Shown here piece by piece: positions 37,684 to 51,290 of a DNA stretch of 64,000 nucleotides. Source of the DNA: Oculina patagonica (Eukaryota); assembly GCF_052425735.1 (NCBI RefSeq), contig NC_135759.1, forward strand, positions 31,372,001 to 31,436,000. Reading direction: 5' to 3'. How positions within the stretch are numbered: the stretch's first letter is position 1; each line of letters begins with the position of its first letter. The position numbers and the translations under genes are program-made. The notes below the pieces were generated by a model. It worked only from the letters and a program-made list of their open reading frames with translations, did not search any database and was not told the DNA's origin.

Positions 37684-38198
37684 GTCAGATTAATTACTGT
37701 TATTGGAAAAGCGAACTTATATGGATATTGTGGAGCTGAGAGAGAAGCACCGCCTTTGTAAGAACCAAAAAATAGTAAAAATAGTTATTTTCTCTTAAAT
37801 ATAGTATCTGTAAGACTACACAGTGATGGAAAACGCGTTTTTTAGTAATTATGAGGTTATCATATCCCTAATCACTCTAGAAATTTCGATTAGGTTTTGT
37901 TTAACACCTTCTGCCAATTATAAAATTACTTGTCCAATTATTGAGTACATAACTACTTTCAGTTTTATTGCCATCACTAATATGGACAACCATCTATTGT
38001 TACAGCTGCTTAAACCAAAGGCAAGCTAAGAAATAAATATAGAGTAAAACATTAAGTAGTTCCATCATCTTTACGCCACATCAACATTTCATGGTTGCAT
38101 CACATTCTTATTTCATCCATGAAAATGCAAAGGGGACTGATAATTTTCGCTGTTCTAGCACTTATTGAAGGTGGAAGGACTTTCCTTCAGTGCAAAAG
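37684..38198 (+). pseudogene. Tandem duplicate of the PLA2-D promoter and leader exon (pseudo-exon 38119-38198)
   Basis: MKMQRGLIIFAVLALIEGGRT is a copy of PLA2-D exon 1 with a 1-nt deletion (ACTTTCC vs ACTTTTCC) and no GTAAGT donor. The upstream ~430 bp is duplicated at 38198-39367. Confidence 0.8.
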
Positions 38199-38389
38199 TC
38201 AGAGTAATTACTGTAATTGAAAAAGCGAAATTAAATGGATATTACGGAGCAGAGAGATAAGCACCGTCTTTGTAAGAACCAAAAAACCGTAAAAACAGTA
38301 ATTTTCTCTAAGACGACAGTATCTGTAAGACTACACAATGATGGAATTCTCGATGTCTTAATTCTGAGATAATCACGCCAGAAATTTTA

Positions 38390-39138
38390 GGGTGCGTTTC
38401 TTTGGGAAAATCCAAAATTGGATCATTGATCTCAGATCACACGGATACTTTGCTCTCAAAGAAACGAAGAATCCGAAAACGGATTTTTTGCCATGACAAC
38501 CCCGTAAACACATTTCGCACAGAACATAAAATATCAGCACAAATTTATTTTTCGTCGAATGTATCCTAGCTAAAATAATTTAAGCATACAAAATCTTTAC
38601 AAAAACCACACGTCGAAGTAGATCTCTTTAGCGTTAAGCACAATGTGGCGAGAGAAAGCATCTGAGAGCGAAAATGATTGCGAAATGATCAGTGCAAATT
38701 TCACTAGTGACAATTTCAAAAGGATACAACTTCCGTAGGCACACAGTGGCTGTTCTAGAAAATCTGTATCCCGTTTAAAATGATACTACATACCTATCTG
38801 AAGCTACCGTTTCCTTTTATCGTGAAATATTTTTAAATTTTGATCGAAATAACCGCCTAAAACTTTCTGTATGGCAGTGTTTACAAAGAGCGAACCTGTA
38901 TTTTCACAGCAAAGACCGCTGGGCCAAGGTACTTTTTTCGAATCCTTTCCCAAAGAAACGCACGGATCATGAATCCTAAAAATCCGGATTCAGATATGAT
39001 CTGATGTATCCACTCGAAGTGTGGATTCTTCAGATCATTGATCCAAGATTAATCCATTTTCGGATATAGGTAAAGAAACGCAAAATCCGTTTTTGGATCA
39101 AGAATCCGGATTTGGATTTTTCCCAAAGAAACGCACCC
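38390..39138. mobile_element. PIF/Harbinger-like MITE (TTA TSD) in the PLA2-D promoter
   Basis: TTA|GGGTGCGTTTCTTTGGGAAAA ... TTTTCCCAAAGAAACGCACCC|TTA; the empty site is visible in the upstream duplicate (~37880-37895). Confidence 0.9.
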
Positions 39139-39367
39139 TTAATTAGGTTTTGTTTAACACATTCTGCCAATTATAAAATTACTTGTCCAATTATTGAGTA
39201 AATTACTACTCTCAGTTTTATTGCCATTTCTAATATGAACAACCATTTATTGTTACAGCTGCTTAAACCAAAGGAGAATTAGGAAATAAAAATAAAGTAA
39301 AACATTTAGTAGTCCATTATCTTTACGCCACAACATTTTAAGGTTGCATCACATTCTTATTTCGTCC

Positions 39368-42307
39368 ATGAAAATGCGAAGGAGATTTATAATTTTCGCT
39401 GTTCTAGCATTTATTAAAGGTGGAAGTACTTTTCCTTCAGTGCAAAAGGTAAGTGATCTTTATTTTAAAATATATATGTAAAATACCTCACCAAGTAAAC
39501 TGTACGGCATTTCGGTCAGTAAAATCGGTGTGCGATGTTTGCCGACCTTTCAGTGAAGAATCCATTTCCCCGACTTGCACTTTAAAATAATAATAGTTAT
39601 ACAAGGTCATTTATCAACTATTTATATTTATTTGAAACAATTTTATCCTCGACACAACCACCCTAGTGAAATGTGCTCAAGTCGGAAGACAAACACATTT
39701 ATCCATTGCTTGAAATGATATCTCGATCTAATCACTGTTTTAGGAAAAGTTACGATAGCTAACAAAAATTTCCCTTTCCCCTTCAGTCGTAAAACGGTTT
39801 GCTGTACCTAAAATTATTATTTAACTTTGTTTAAACGACATGAGAAAGTCATTATTTAACGAAGACTCCACCGGCAAGCCTTTTCAATAAAGAATTAAGG
39901 TGTTACTGCTGCTATGGCAGCTGCTATGGTATGCTGTGGTACCTTTTACGGTACTTGTTATGTCAAGCAAATGACCACAACTTCAAACATTCGGCCAGTA
40001 AATGGGCAGTTGTTTGATACTGGCACTCTTATAGCGCCAAGTAATAAAGGTCGTATCGACCAACGAACGTATAAATGCTGGAAAGTGGAAAGTGTTGCCA
40101 GCCACCTAAAAAACACATGTTTTCGACAACCAAAAGAGGGTGTATTGTAGTATATTACTTCCTTGGTATCAACGTAGCCCCTTTAATTTTGATTTTTATT
40201 TTATACCTTAAATTGGAGATTTGTTTGTACGTTTCTCGTTTTCGTTTGTTTGTTTGTTTGTTTGTTTTTTCTTTTTGCGGAAAGAAATTAAAGGCTAATG
40301 CTCTGCGGCAATTTTGTTTCCTTTGATTAAGCCAACCTATGTGCTATTTCAAATGTTGTGACCTTGGTTCTGGACGTTCAAAATCGTTCTTTTATTACCG
40401 AATAGAAAGTTTTGGGAGACCTAAAAATTAATCATAAATTTTTCTTTTTCTTTTAAAACACGCATGTATGAAAAGCATCCCTTGGGCGGTATGGAGACAA
40501 CCGACAATGAGCAAGGTACGTTCTNNNNNNNNNNNNNNNNNNNNNNNNNNNNNNNNNNNNNNNNNNNNNNNNNNNNNNNNNNNNNNNNNNNNNNNNNNNN
40601 NNNNNNNNNNNNNNNNNNNNNNNNNNNNNNNNNNNNNNNNNNNNNNNNNNNNNNNNNNNNNNNNNNNNNNNNNNNNNNNNNNNNNNNNNNNNNNNGTTGG
40701 GTAAAAAGGCAGCCAAAGGGCTGATGTGGACCTACTATACTAAAAATTAAGAATTACATTTATAAATTTAAAACTAGCACACTAACTAACACTAAGATAA
40801 AAAGAAGAGAAATTTACATACAACATTAAAAATATAATAGATTAAAAATTAAAAATATATAAAATCCTCCTTTTTATTAGCGACTACTGTTGCCCCCTTG
40901 TCAAATGAAAAATTGTCAATAATTTTAACATGTTTATGTAAAATTTGTTTAAAAGAATTTACATAAAACGAGGTTACATTTTATTATGCGTTTGTTCAAA
41001 AGCGCTCACTGGTCAAAGAATATAATGCAAAAAATGGATTGTAGTAATTTATGAGAACTTACTTTTTTGCATTTAACAGGGAGGTTTCTGACACGGGCAA
41101 AAAGAAATGCAGTTCAGTTTGGCCTGATGATTTGGTGTGAAACTAAAAGAAATCCGTTTGCGTATAATGGATATGGCTGCCACTGTGGAGTGGGAGGAAA
41201 AGGAGAGCCTTTGGATGAGATTGATCGGTAACTAAAGCAACTTTCAATATGTTAAATGTAAACGAGTATAAATCTCTTTCAGAATGATGAACAGCTTCAA
41301 GGGGTAAGGTGGTCATTTAGAGGGTATTGTACTCTGCTGCGTTTGAACTTTTGGGCTTAAGGACCTTTTACAAACACGGGAAAAAATCAATTTATCTTAG
41401 TGGCAGCGGGAATCAGACTTAAGTCATAGTTACAAAATCGATGCTAAGACTAGGCATGTGCAACTTCATTGCTGATAATGACTTGAAATGATGGATATAT
41501 TTAAAATACTAAAATGAGATGTTCCAATCTTATTCTTTAACGAAATCAACCAAATCTGGTTGCTGTTGAAACGTTTGTTCCAAATAGAACATAACACGAC
41601 CTCAATAACTTATCTCCGTAGGTGTTGTCTTATTCACGACAAGTGCTATGATGACATCATAGACAATAAAATCTGCGGCTCCTATGAAAGTGCAGTGTAT
41701 CTAACCTTTTACTGGAGATACGGTTGTTCGAGTTGTGGTGAGTTCATACTACGAAATAAGAATACCGGTTAAGGAAGAAAAGTGCAGTAAATGGAAGGCG
41801 ATTTTTGTTGAAAGTATTTGCCACAATGAAGAAAGGCATAACGAAAAAGGAGGCTCTTTATGTTTTTTTTAGTCTTAGGATGCGAGTTTTCAAACTAAGA
41901 GTTCAATTGGGAGGAAATCTTCGAGTTTTGCCAAACTACGCCATGATGATTGCATATACTCATAGAATGACTCTTTACAAGTTTCTTAGCAGCAGAGGCT
42001 ACCATAGCAACGATTGTGGTATTTACTTTTTATCGTTATCAATCATTAGTGCCACATTACTTTAGAAGTCAATCACTTAACTCTTCCTACATAAGGGAAT
42101 ACTAAAGATGGCAAAAAGTTGTAAATCATTTTAATAAGAAAGTTCTAAATAGACTTGTCTTTTCCTTTCCTTTTAGCGTCAAGGCGTTTCAACACTGTTT
42201 GTCAGAAGGCTCTTTGTGAATGCGATGGTGCGGCAGCAAGATGCTTTAAACAGAATGAGTTTGCATTCCATAGTCGAAGCATAAACTACAATAAATCATT
42301 GTGCTAG
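39368..42307 (+). CDS. Secreted phospholipase A2, copy D (inverted), 5 exons, 171 aa
   Basis: join(39368..39448,40476..40515,41080..41227,41622..41737,42177..42307). [49 protein letters not shown]|[50 protein letters not shown]...[16 protein letters not shown]...KSLC*. Confidence 0.92.
40525..40695. other. Assembly gap (N run)
   Basis: 171 N in PLA2-D intron 2. Confidence 1.
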
Positions 42308-43074
42308 AAAGTATAGAAAATCATTTCTTGGGTTCTTTTAGTTCATTAGGTTGACTTTTACTGGCCACGCTGATTTCCCTTTCGTACAAAAATTCTGATT
42401 GTCGCTAAAATGGCATCGACCATTTACGAAAGGTAAACATGCTGCGGCTTTCTTCACATGAGCATTGCTACTTTGCGACGCTGAAACAGCCTAAGCATAG
42501 CCTGGTCAGGACGAGCGGGACATAAATGCAATTGCAATGTAATTCTTATGTTGAGTGTGCAGACATGAGAACAAACAGTTTGGCTTTATGTTCTAACGCT
42601 CTTGTTTATTCTGTGAAGATTCCTAGTAGACTCCTTGAGTGTCCCTTCTTCATATGCTAGTGCTTGCACTTATGTTTATGTTGCTTTTCAAAGCAAAAAT
42701 TAAGGTTGCTTTTGTACTGGTTGTGTCACTGCTATGGTAACCTGTGACGTCAAATAACATCGCAATGCGTTCTCCAATGACTTTAATACCATTGTTTTAC
42801 CATACATCAATAGGGAATGGCAGCATCAATCAATCAAAGATACGTGATTTTAAGGCATAAGTGCTGAAAACTGTTGCGAGCCACTTTATAGGGGAGATGC
42901 GTTTAAATGGATTCCTTTTCTCGTGGAATTTGAAATTTTCCTGGAATGTTTGGGCTGAGGGACAAGGATACCACTGGAAATTCAACTGTGTTAAAAGGTT
43001 TATTAAAATTATATTTAATATTTTCCCGTCATGCAGTATTTAAATGACACACTGGGAGAAGTTTCGTTATGACA

Positions 43075-43272
43075 CATCCTCGGAGACCCAGGGGCAGTTA
43101 GTGGGGCTAAACGAAGGAAAAACGGGCAGAAATCGTAGCGACGAAAGTTTTCAAGAACGGCACGAAGTGCCCGCACTTCGTGCCGTTCTTGAAAACTTAA
43201 TTTCGTCGCTACGATTTCTGCCCGTTTTTCCTTCGTTTCGCCCCACTAACTGCCCCTGGGTCTCCGAGGATG
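43075..43272. mobile_element. Near-perfect palindromic MITE with 9-bp TSD in the PLA2-E 3' UTR
   Basis: GTTATGACA|CATCCTCGGAGACCCAGGGGCAGTTAGTGGGG...CCCCACTAACTGCCCCTGGGTCTCCGAGGATG|GTTATGACA. Confidence 0.9.
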
Positions 43273-43306
43273 GTTATGACACTAAGCGATAACATTATTG
43301 CGTTTG

Positions 43307-45599
43307 CTAACATTTTGATGTATCGTAGTTGTAATAAGACGAATTGTATGCTGCCTGACTGAAACATAGTGCGGCGGCGCTGTCACACTCGCACACAAGC
43401 TTTTTACATTCCACGTCAACTCTGTCATCTTTCGAGGGGTAGCTGGAGATGGGATCTGAAATTGGAATAAATAAATAAATTAATAAATTTACTAATTAAT
43501 AAGCCAGAAAGAAAAGCGAGAGATAATACAAAAAAAGGGTGCGCTGCTAAGAGCGAAATTCATTAACAGTTCATGTGCCAAATTTAAATAATTAATATGC
43601 CCTTCGATAGGACGATCGCTCATTAGCAGGATTTACTAATTCCACATTCATCTCTAAAACAAAATAAAACCTCTGAATAATGATTTGTGAAAGAAACATA
43701 AAAACGAACTACCGACAAGTTGTCAAGAAACATTGATGGAAAAAAGTGTAAAAGATGCAAAAAGGCTTTCATCACTTGTACGGTTGGCAATTTGCAAGGG
43801 AGCGCGGTGGTCGACAGTGCTCAAATTTTCTCTTCATAAATAAATTAAACATAAATGATTAGGTGAAATTAGTTTGACCAAGCCACTGGCATTGCACAAA
43901 ATGTGCCTATTTTTGTGTACTTAATACATACCGCACTGCCTGCATCCATGGTATTGGTAGACCACGGTATAAACATGGAACGGATAATGACACTTGGTGT
44001 ACATAAGAGAGTCGTAGCATTTATCGTGAATCTGACAGCATCTAGGAAATACAAGCAACATTATCACCATCCGTCCTTTTTACGCCCATGGGACGCTTAA
44101 GGCCTCAATATAAGCAACACGCAGAAGACGACACAATCAAGTCATTTAACTTAACAATAACTTGTGTGCACGATCTAAACTTTTTAACTAGTTGATCGTA
44201 ACACTTTTTTGTGAATTTGATATAAAATTATTGTTATGGCACAAATCTATTTAGTTGAAATTGACGGTTCCGAAAAAATTTCATTCAACAATTTGGTAGA
44301 GAAGGTGAGGTTAATTATAGAACATTACTAAGATAATTCTAGTTAGCTTTCTTGAACATTGAAGATGAAGAAAAGGCACAATCCGTCCTTTTTTGTTTGC
44401 ACAGAAAAGGGACGGGAAGCGCAGTCCATTCAATTTTGTTAGCTTTGTTTGCTTTCTACATTGCCTCAAAAAATAACAAACACGGTTGGAGGATCTTTTT
44501 TCAGTCATTGTGTCGATAAATTAGAGTAAATTTCCATACAGGGCTCCATTTGCCAATAATGTTATTTGATCATAGATCTTATATATAAAGTTTATCATTT
44601 CATTTTATTTTCTAACTCTACATTTACATACTTGTCTAGTTCATCCACAGGGTCTCCTTTTCCGCCCATCCCACACCAGCAGCCATAGTCGCTGTAACTA
44701 AAGCGGCTTCTGTTGGTCATACAGTTCACCATGTTACCAAATTGATACAAATTACGAGCTGTCACAAAAATAAAAGAGAAACAAAAATGAACTTGTTCAA
44801 TACATGCAAACTGATGTAGGAGTTCTAAATCAAACAAACTCTGAGCGAACAACTCTGAGCGATTTTGTACCCGTTTGTGCATTTGCTTGTGTAGAGAATA
44901 TAACTTTCAATAACTGCCTTACGAGACACATAAATCCTGGTTATTTAAGTGTAACAACTGGTATCCACGAAAATGTTGGATACTGTATTTTCTCAATTAA
45001 ATTCCGTTTATTTCAAAAATGGCCTGATGGAGCCGGCGTTTATTTGAATCCTGCAGTTTATTCAATCTCGATGTTTATAACCAAGGGGTTTCATTCATTA
45101 TTTCTGACAGACAGATATGTTACCACTTGCTCAAAAGCATTATACACCTCAAATAAATGCTTAAGAGGCTTAGTTACAAGTTCACTTTGTAGACCCAGCG
45201 TTTATTCAAGGTCCTGCGTTTAATCGAGAAAATCAGTACGGAATTTAACCTTTTGTTAAGATCTATATATACATAACGTATTGTTACCTACATGGTAAAA
45301 TAAGTGTAAAAAATAACTAAAATATGCACATTACCTTTTCGGATGCGTAAATCACTCAAAGCCTTAAAGGAGAAGACAAAAAAGTTAGTTTTCTTATTGA
45401 AAATATCATTAACTTGATTGAACCGACTTGAAGTTTATGGTCATGAAATTTGAAGTACCTCGCCATTGTCAAATCATTTGCATTAAATGGAAAAAAACTC
45501 TGTGCTTACCTGGTTTTGAAGTGGAATACTTAGAACAACACAAACAACAAGAGTGAGTATAACGTAAAATAACTGCTCTAAACGAATTCTGTACGACAT
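43307..45599 (-). CDS. Secreted phospholipase A2, copy E, 5 exons, 167 aa
   Basis: complement(join(43307..43455,43932..44041,44632..44758,45335..45362,45510..45599)). [41 protein letters not shown]|[50 protein letters not shown]...[16 protein letters not shown]...TSKC*. Confidence 0.92.
44981..45241. mobile_element. MITE in PLA2-E intron 2
   Basis: TACTGTATTTTCTCAATTAAA ... TTTAATCGAGAAAATCAGTACGG; same family as the insert at ~47264. Confidence 0.6.
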
Positions 45600-46021
45600 T
45601 GTTCTCAGTGGAACTTCAGGCCGCCGACAACTCACTTAACTACAACAAGGCACAAAAGGATGAATAACGTATATAAGACAAACTCTGTTTACATTTGATA
45701 TTCATGCGGTTGCCACAAAAGAGGAAATAAAAAAGAGGCGTGATTGCACCTGACTGGCAGTTTAAACTGAGGTGTTACTTTCACATTTACACTTCGTCAG
45801 ATCGACGGAAAACCTACGTCAAATTCCATTTGTTTGCAACAAAATATTTATTTTTAAAACCCTTTTTTATCGATTGCACATTACCGTTAACACATCAGTC
45901 TAAATCCTTTTCTTTTGTCTCTTTGAAAGAAACAAATAATAGATTTCGAATAAAATCATTGCTAAAAAATAATGTGTAACAATCTTCCCATTTTTATATT
46001 TTTTTGGAAGCGTCACACTTT

Positions 46022-49000
46022 TTAAGAATGCCGGTCGCTTAGAATCCAACATTTTGTGGCAAGAGGATGGAACTTCGATTTCTTTCATACTTTTATGTTA
46101 GATAGGCTAGGGTATAACTTAAATCACTGTATAGTTCTTTCGATTGAATATCCTTTTATTTTAAAGAAAAATGCAAATAACAAAAATCCGTTAAAATCGT
46201 CATTTGAGGCGCTAAATTATTCATGACTTTTGCACGAGTTTGAGAGCCTCGCGTGCAAAAACAAATCACTCTACCGTCTTTTAAACACTCAAACCATAGT
46301 TAGCAATCTCTAAACATCTACTGAAATGATTTTGGGAAATATTACGTTGATCTTTGTAGACAAAATAATTTTATTTCGAAGGCATACAATTCACTGCCGT
46401 AAAAGTACTTGGTAAATAAAATTAATTTTCACCATGTGCGAAACCTTCAAATCGTTTAAGCTTCTGGTGGTTGAATGTTAGAAGAATGGTGTATAAATCA
46501 CTGTAAAAATTTCTCCGGGCAAATGATTAAAAGCGACGTGAGATCTTTTCGAATTCGGTTAAATATGCAAATATTTGACCTTCCGCGGTCAACTTTGAAG
46601 TTACGGGTCAGAAATAATTTTTGTTCCGTGTTCCAAGTCCTAACCCATTTAAGACCAAATTAAGCATATGAAAAAAATATGTCATTTTCTAACCTTTATC
46701 TGCTGTAAAAGGTAGGTTCGAAGGCCATTTTAGCGTGATTACGGCTCTTATCATTCGTCGCATCTGAGCTTCGTTTTCCTTCCGCGGTCAACTTTGAAGT
46801 TACGGGTCAGACGTGAATGACATGAATATTTCAATCCGTGCACAAGTCTTAACCCATTTTGGGTCAAAATAATCACACACAAAAACATTATGAAATATTC
46901 TAACCTTAATCTGCTGTAAAAAGCAGGTGCGAAGGCCTTTTAAGCACGATTCCGGCTCTAAGCATCCGTAGTAATTTGAGCTTCGTTTGTGTAAGTATGT
47001 CATATTTAGTGGTCGAAATCCAATCTGTGATCAACTTTCGGCGCTTCTCGTCACCACTGCATCTTCTTCGACGGCATACGCCGATTGTTATTATTGCCTC
47101 GTTAATAGTACACAAAAAAATAACATCTGATCGCTAAACGGCATGATGTCGGCGCTTACAGTAGCTTACAGTCCCATCTTGCAATGGGCCGTCTGTTCGT
47201 CACGCAATACTGTGTCATGGACATTTTTTTAGGGGGTGGTAGGCGGGTGTGGGAAAGGTTGAAACCGTATTTTCTCGATTAAACGCCGGGCCCCGATAAA
47301 CGCCGGGTTCTTTTTTTTTAAAATACCCTTTATAAATTTTTTAAAGTTGAATTTTTTTTAAAAATTTTTTTTTATAAATTTAAAAAATTATATATAAAAA
47401 TTTTTTTTTAATTGTTAAAATTTTTAAAGTTTGGGGGGGGTAAAATATGCGGAAATGCTTGATTTAATACTTTATGACAAGTACGTACTCGAGCCAGCAA
47501 CAACAACAACAACAACAACAACAAGTACAGTGATATCTTTTGGCAGACAAGATAAAGCACACGTACTGTCAGTTGATAAGCGTTTGGTACAGTGTAATGC
47601 AATGAACTGTTCGCGAATTCGGTTGCTCGCGCGGGGTTGGTTGTAATACCGGGGGTGGAAGGAGGATATAAATCTTTACTAAACAAGTAGAGTTTTTAAG
47701 TAGTTATTCCTTTTTTTACTGTAGAACCGAAAACGAAGAGAAAACCGGGCTCGCGTCTATGTTTTTGGGGGGATGAGGGAGTGGGGGCCGGGGGGGTGGT
47801 GGTGCAAGAACAAGAACCAACCAAATCGCATGTCCGAATGGGAAGAAGAGAAGGATTCGTGATCGGTGCCAAACATTGCATCGCCCGCCCACGGTATCTG
47901 GGTGACCTGTGGCTCGGGTGGTCATTCGTCAACCTGTAACAAAGTACTTTCTTGGGGTGCCGTTTTGAACATACTGTCGAATTCATGATGTCTAAATTCA
48001 ACAATAACTAATTTGAAGTTTAAACGAAATTAAAACATGTTAAAAAAACTCAGTGCTAAAACTCTTTGCTAAAAAGGATCAGCAAATTGCTATGGCAATT
48101 CGGCGTGTGAAAAAATCGCCAAATTTAATTTAGTGGCTTCCTAAGTAAACAAAACCTTGGTCGTGCTAGTTATTGGCACCGTCTGTTTGCTTAAAGGCTG
48201 CGCGTGAACAATTTTTTCAAAGTTCAGTTTATTTCACTGGAAATGGAAGGTTGTTTTTTTTTTAAGGCCTTTTTTGTGGTTTTGTGTTTTTTTTTTTAAA
48301 ATAAAGCTCACATAAATCCCCCCCCTCTGGTGAGAAGGACATCAGCAGTCACAAGTCCCAGTATTAATTTAGTTAACTCTAACATGACTCTTTCCCGTGA
48401 AAAACCAAACTTCATAAGTTTATAAGGCAGCTCTTGAAAACTTCGTTATACAGTCTTTATATAGTAAAGAAGTAAATGGTTTGAACCCAGTATCAGGTCG
48501 TAAAGTGTGATCGTCCGGGTGAGAGTTGCTCTGAAAACTCTAACCTGCGATCAGGCTTTCTCCGCCGCGAGAAAAATAACTCCTGATCGCAGGTTATGAA
48601 AACTCCGGGATAGGGAATATTTCTTGAGGTTCTCGATCCATAAGTAGGGTATCATTTTGGCAATGTGTTCCGGGTGTGATCCTTAGATATGGTACCTAAA
48701 TTCTATCAGCTAAAATAAACGCCGAGCTAAACGAAAAAAAGGTATCTTAAAACTGAACTTTTTGTTCAAGTATTAGTAAAGCGATTTTATAAAGATTTGT
48801 GTTTTGCCGTGTGCGGTTAGCCGTTATTTGTGTCGGCAAGGAACGCTTTTCCTCCCCTTGAATAGATTGTTATTTTTCGGTTTTGGGCCTTAACGAAGTT
48901 TTCAAGAGCTGCCTTGAAAACACCAAACAAATAGCTAGCTTCTGAAGTTTGGTTTTTCACGGGAAAGAGTCATGTTAGAGTTAACTAAATTAATACTGGG

Positions 49001-51290
49001 ACTTGTGACTGCTGATGTCCTTCTCACACGACAGTAGAGGAGCGATTTCAGTGTGACGCTTTCGATCTTTCGAATCAAAACCGCAAACTCCACGAACAAG
49101 GGCCTTGAAAGAACAACAACCTTCCATTTCCAGTGAAATAAACTGAACTTTGAAAAAATTGTTCACGCGCAGCCTTTAAGCAAACAGACGGTGCCAATAA
49201 CTAGCACGACCAAGGTTTTGTTTACTTAGGAAGCCACTAAATTAAATTTGGCGATTTTTTCACACGCCGAATTGCCATAGCAATTTGCTGATCCTTTTTA
49301 GCAAAGAGTTTTAGCACTGAGTTTTTTTTTAACATGTTTTAATTTCGTTTAAACTTCAAATTAGTTATTGTTGAATTTAGACATCATGAATTCGACAGTA
49401 TGTTCAAAACGGCACCCCAAGAAAGTACTTTGTTACAGGTTGACGAATGACCACCCGAAGCCACAGGTCACCCAGATTTACCGGAGGGCGAAAAAAGATT
49501 GCGATGCAATGTTTTTATTAAGTTGCCACTCGATCACGAAAAAAAAATCAAAACTTATCGTTACTTCTATCATTAACCATTTATACAGGACATGCGATAT
49601 TTGGTTAGGTATCTTTGTGAAAAAAAAAATAAAACTTTGCTAACCAACCCACCAAGAACCCCCCGGCCCCCACCCCCTCACCCCCCCCCCCCCCAAAAAA
49701 AAAAAAAAAAATAAAAATAAAACATAGAAGCGAGTTTTTCTCTTCGTTTTCGGTTCTACAGTAAAAAAGGGAATAACTACTTAAAAACTCTACTTGTTTA
49801 GTAAAGATTTATATCCTCCTTCCACCCCCGGTATTACATACAACCAACCCCGCGCGAGCAACCGAATTCGCGAACAGTTGCATTGCATTACACTGTACCA
49901 AACGCTTATCAACTGACAGTACGTGTGCTTTATCTTGTCTGCCAAAAGATATCACTGTACTTGTTGTTGTTGTTGTTGTTGTTGTTGCTGGCTCGAGTAC
50001 GTACTTGTCATAAAGTATTAAATCAAGCATTTCCGCATATTCAACCTTTCCCACACCCGCCTACCACCCCCTAAAAAAATGTCCATGACACAGTATTGCG
50101 TGACGAACAGACGGCCCATTGCAAGATGGGACTGTAAGCTACTGTAAGCGCCGACATCATGCCGTTTAGCGATCAGATGTTATTTTTTTGTGTACTATTA
50201 ACGAGGCAATAATAACAATCGGCGTATGCCGTCGAAGAAGATGCAGTGGTGACGAGAAGCGCCGAAAGTTGATCACAGATTGGATTTCGACCACTAAATA
50301 TGACATACTTACACAAACGAAGCTCAAATTACTACGGATGCTTAGAGCCGGAATCGTGCTTAAAAGGCCTTCGCACCTGCTTTTTACAGGAGATTAAGGT
50401 TAGAATATTTCATAATGTTTTTGTGTGTGATTATTTTGACCCAAAATGGGTTAAGACTTGTGCACGGATTGAAATATTCATGTCATTCATGTCTGACCCG
50501 TAACTTCAAAGTTGACCGCGGAAGGAAAACGAAGCTCAGATGCGACGAATGATAAGAGCCGTAATCATGCTAAAATGGTCTTCGAACCTACCTTTTACAG
50601 CAGATAAAGGTTAGAAAATGACATATTTTTTTCATATGCTTAATTTGGTCTTAAATGGGTTAGGACTTGGAACACGGAACAAAAATTATTTCTGACCCGT
50701 AACTTCAAAGTTGACCGCGGAAGGTCAAATATTTGCATATTTAACCGAATTCGAAAAGATCTCACGTCGCTTTTAATCATTTGCCCGGAGAAATTTTTAC
50801 AGGGATTTATACACCATTCTTCTAACATTCAACCACCAGAAGCTTAAACGATTTGAAGGTTTCGCACATGGTGAAAATTAATTTTATTTACCAAGTACTT
50901 TTACGGCAGTGAATTGTATGCCTTCGAAATAAAATTATTTTGTCTACAAATAACAACGCAATATTTCCCAAAATCATTTCAGTAGATGTTTAGAGATTGC
51001 TAACTATGGTTTGAGTGTTTAAAAGACGGTAGAGTGATTTGTTTTTGCACGCGAGGCTCTCAAACTCGTGAAAAAATCATGAATAATTTAGCGCCTCAAA
51101 TGACGATTTTAACGGATTTTTGTTATTTGCATTTTTCTTTAAAATAAAAGGATATTCAATCGAAAGAACTATACAGTGATTTAAGTTATACCCTAGCCTA
51201 TCTAACATAAAAGTATGAAAGAAATCGAAGTTCCATCCTCTTGCCGAGAAATTGAGAAATTGTCTGATTCTTAGAGACCGGCATTCTTAA
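46022..51290. mobile_element. Giant foldback element: ~2.4-kb inverted arms, ~440-bp spacer, TTAA ends
   Basis: TTAAGAATGCCGGTC at 46022 and GACCGGCATTCTTAA ending at 51290. Arms 46022-48448 and 48891-51290 are reverse complements (mirror ORFs in the track, e.g. 46475+/50640-, 46906-/50188+). No transposase ORF. Confidence 0.85.
48541..48596. repeat. Mini-hairpin element in the foldback spacer
   Basis: TAACCTGCGATCAGG ... CCTGATCGCAGGTTA. Confidence 0.75.

Noticed and set aside
46475-50828. Pairs of near-identical short ORFs as duplicated genes
   Set aside because: They are mirror images produced by the inverted arms, with no coding signature.
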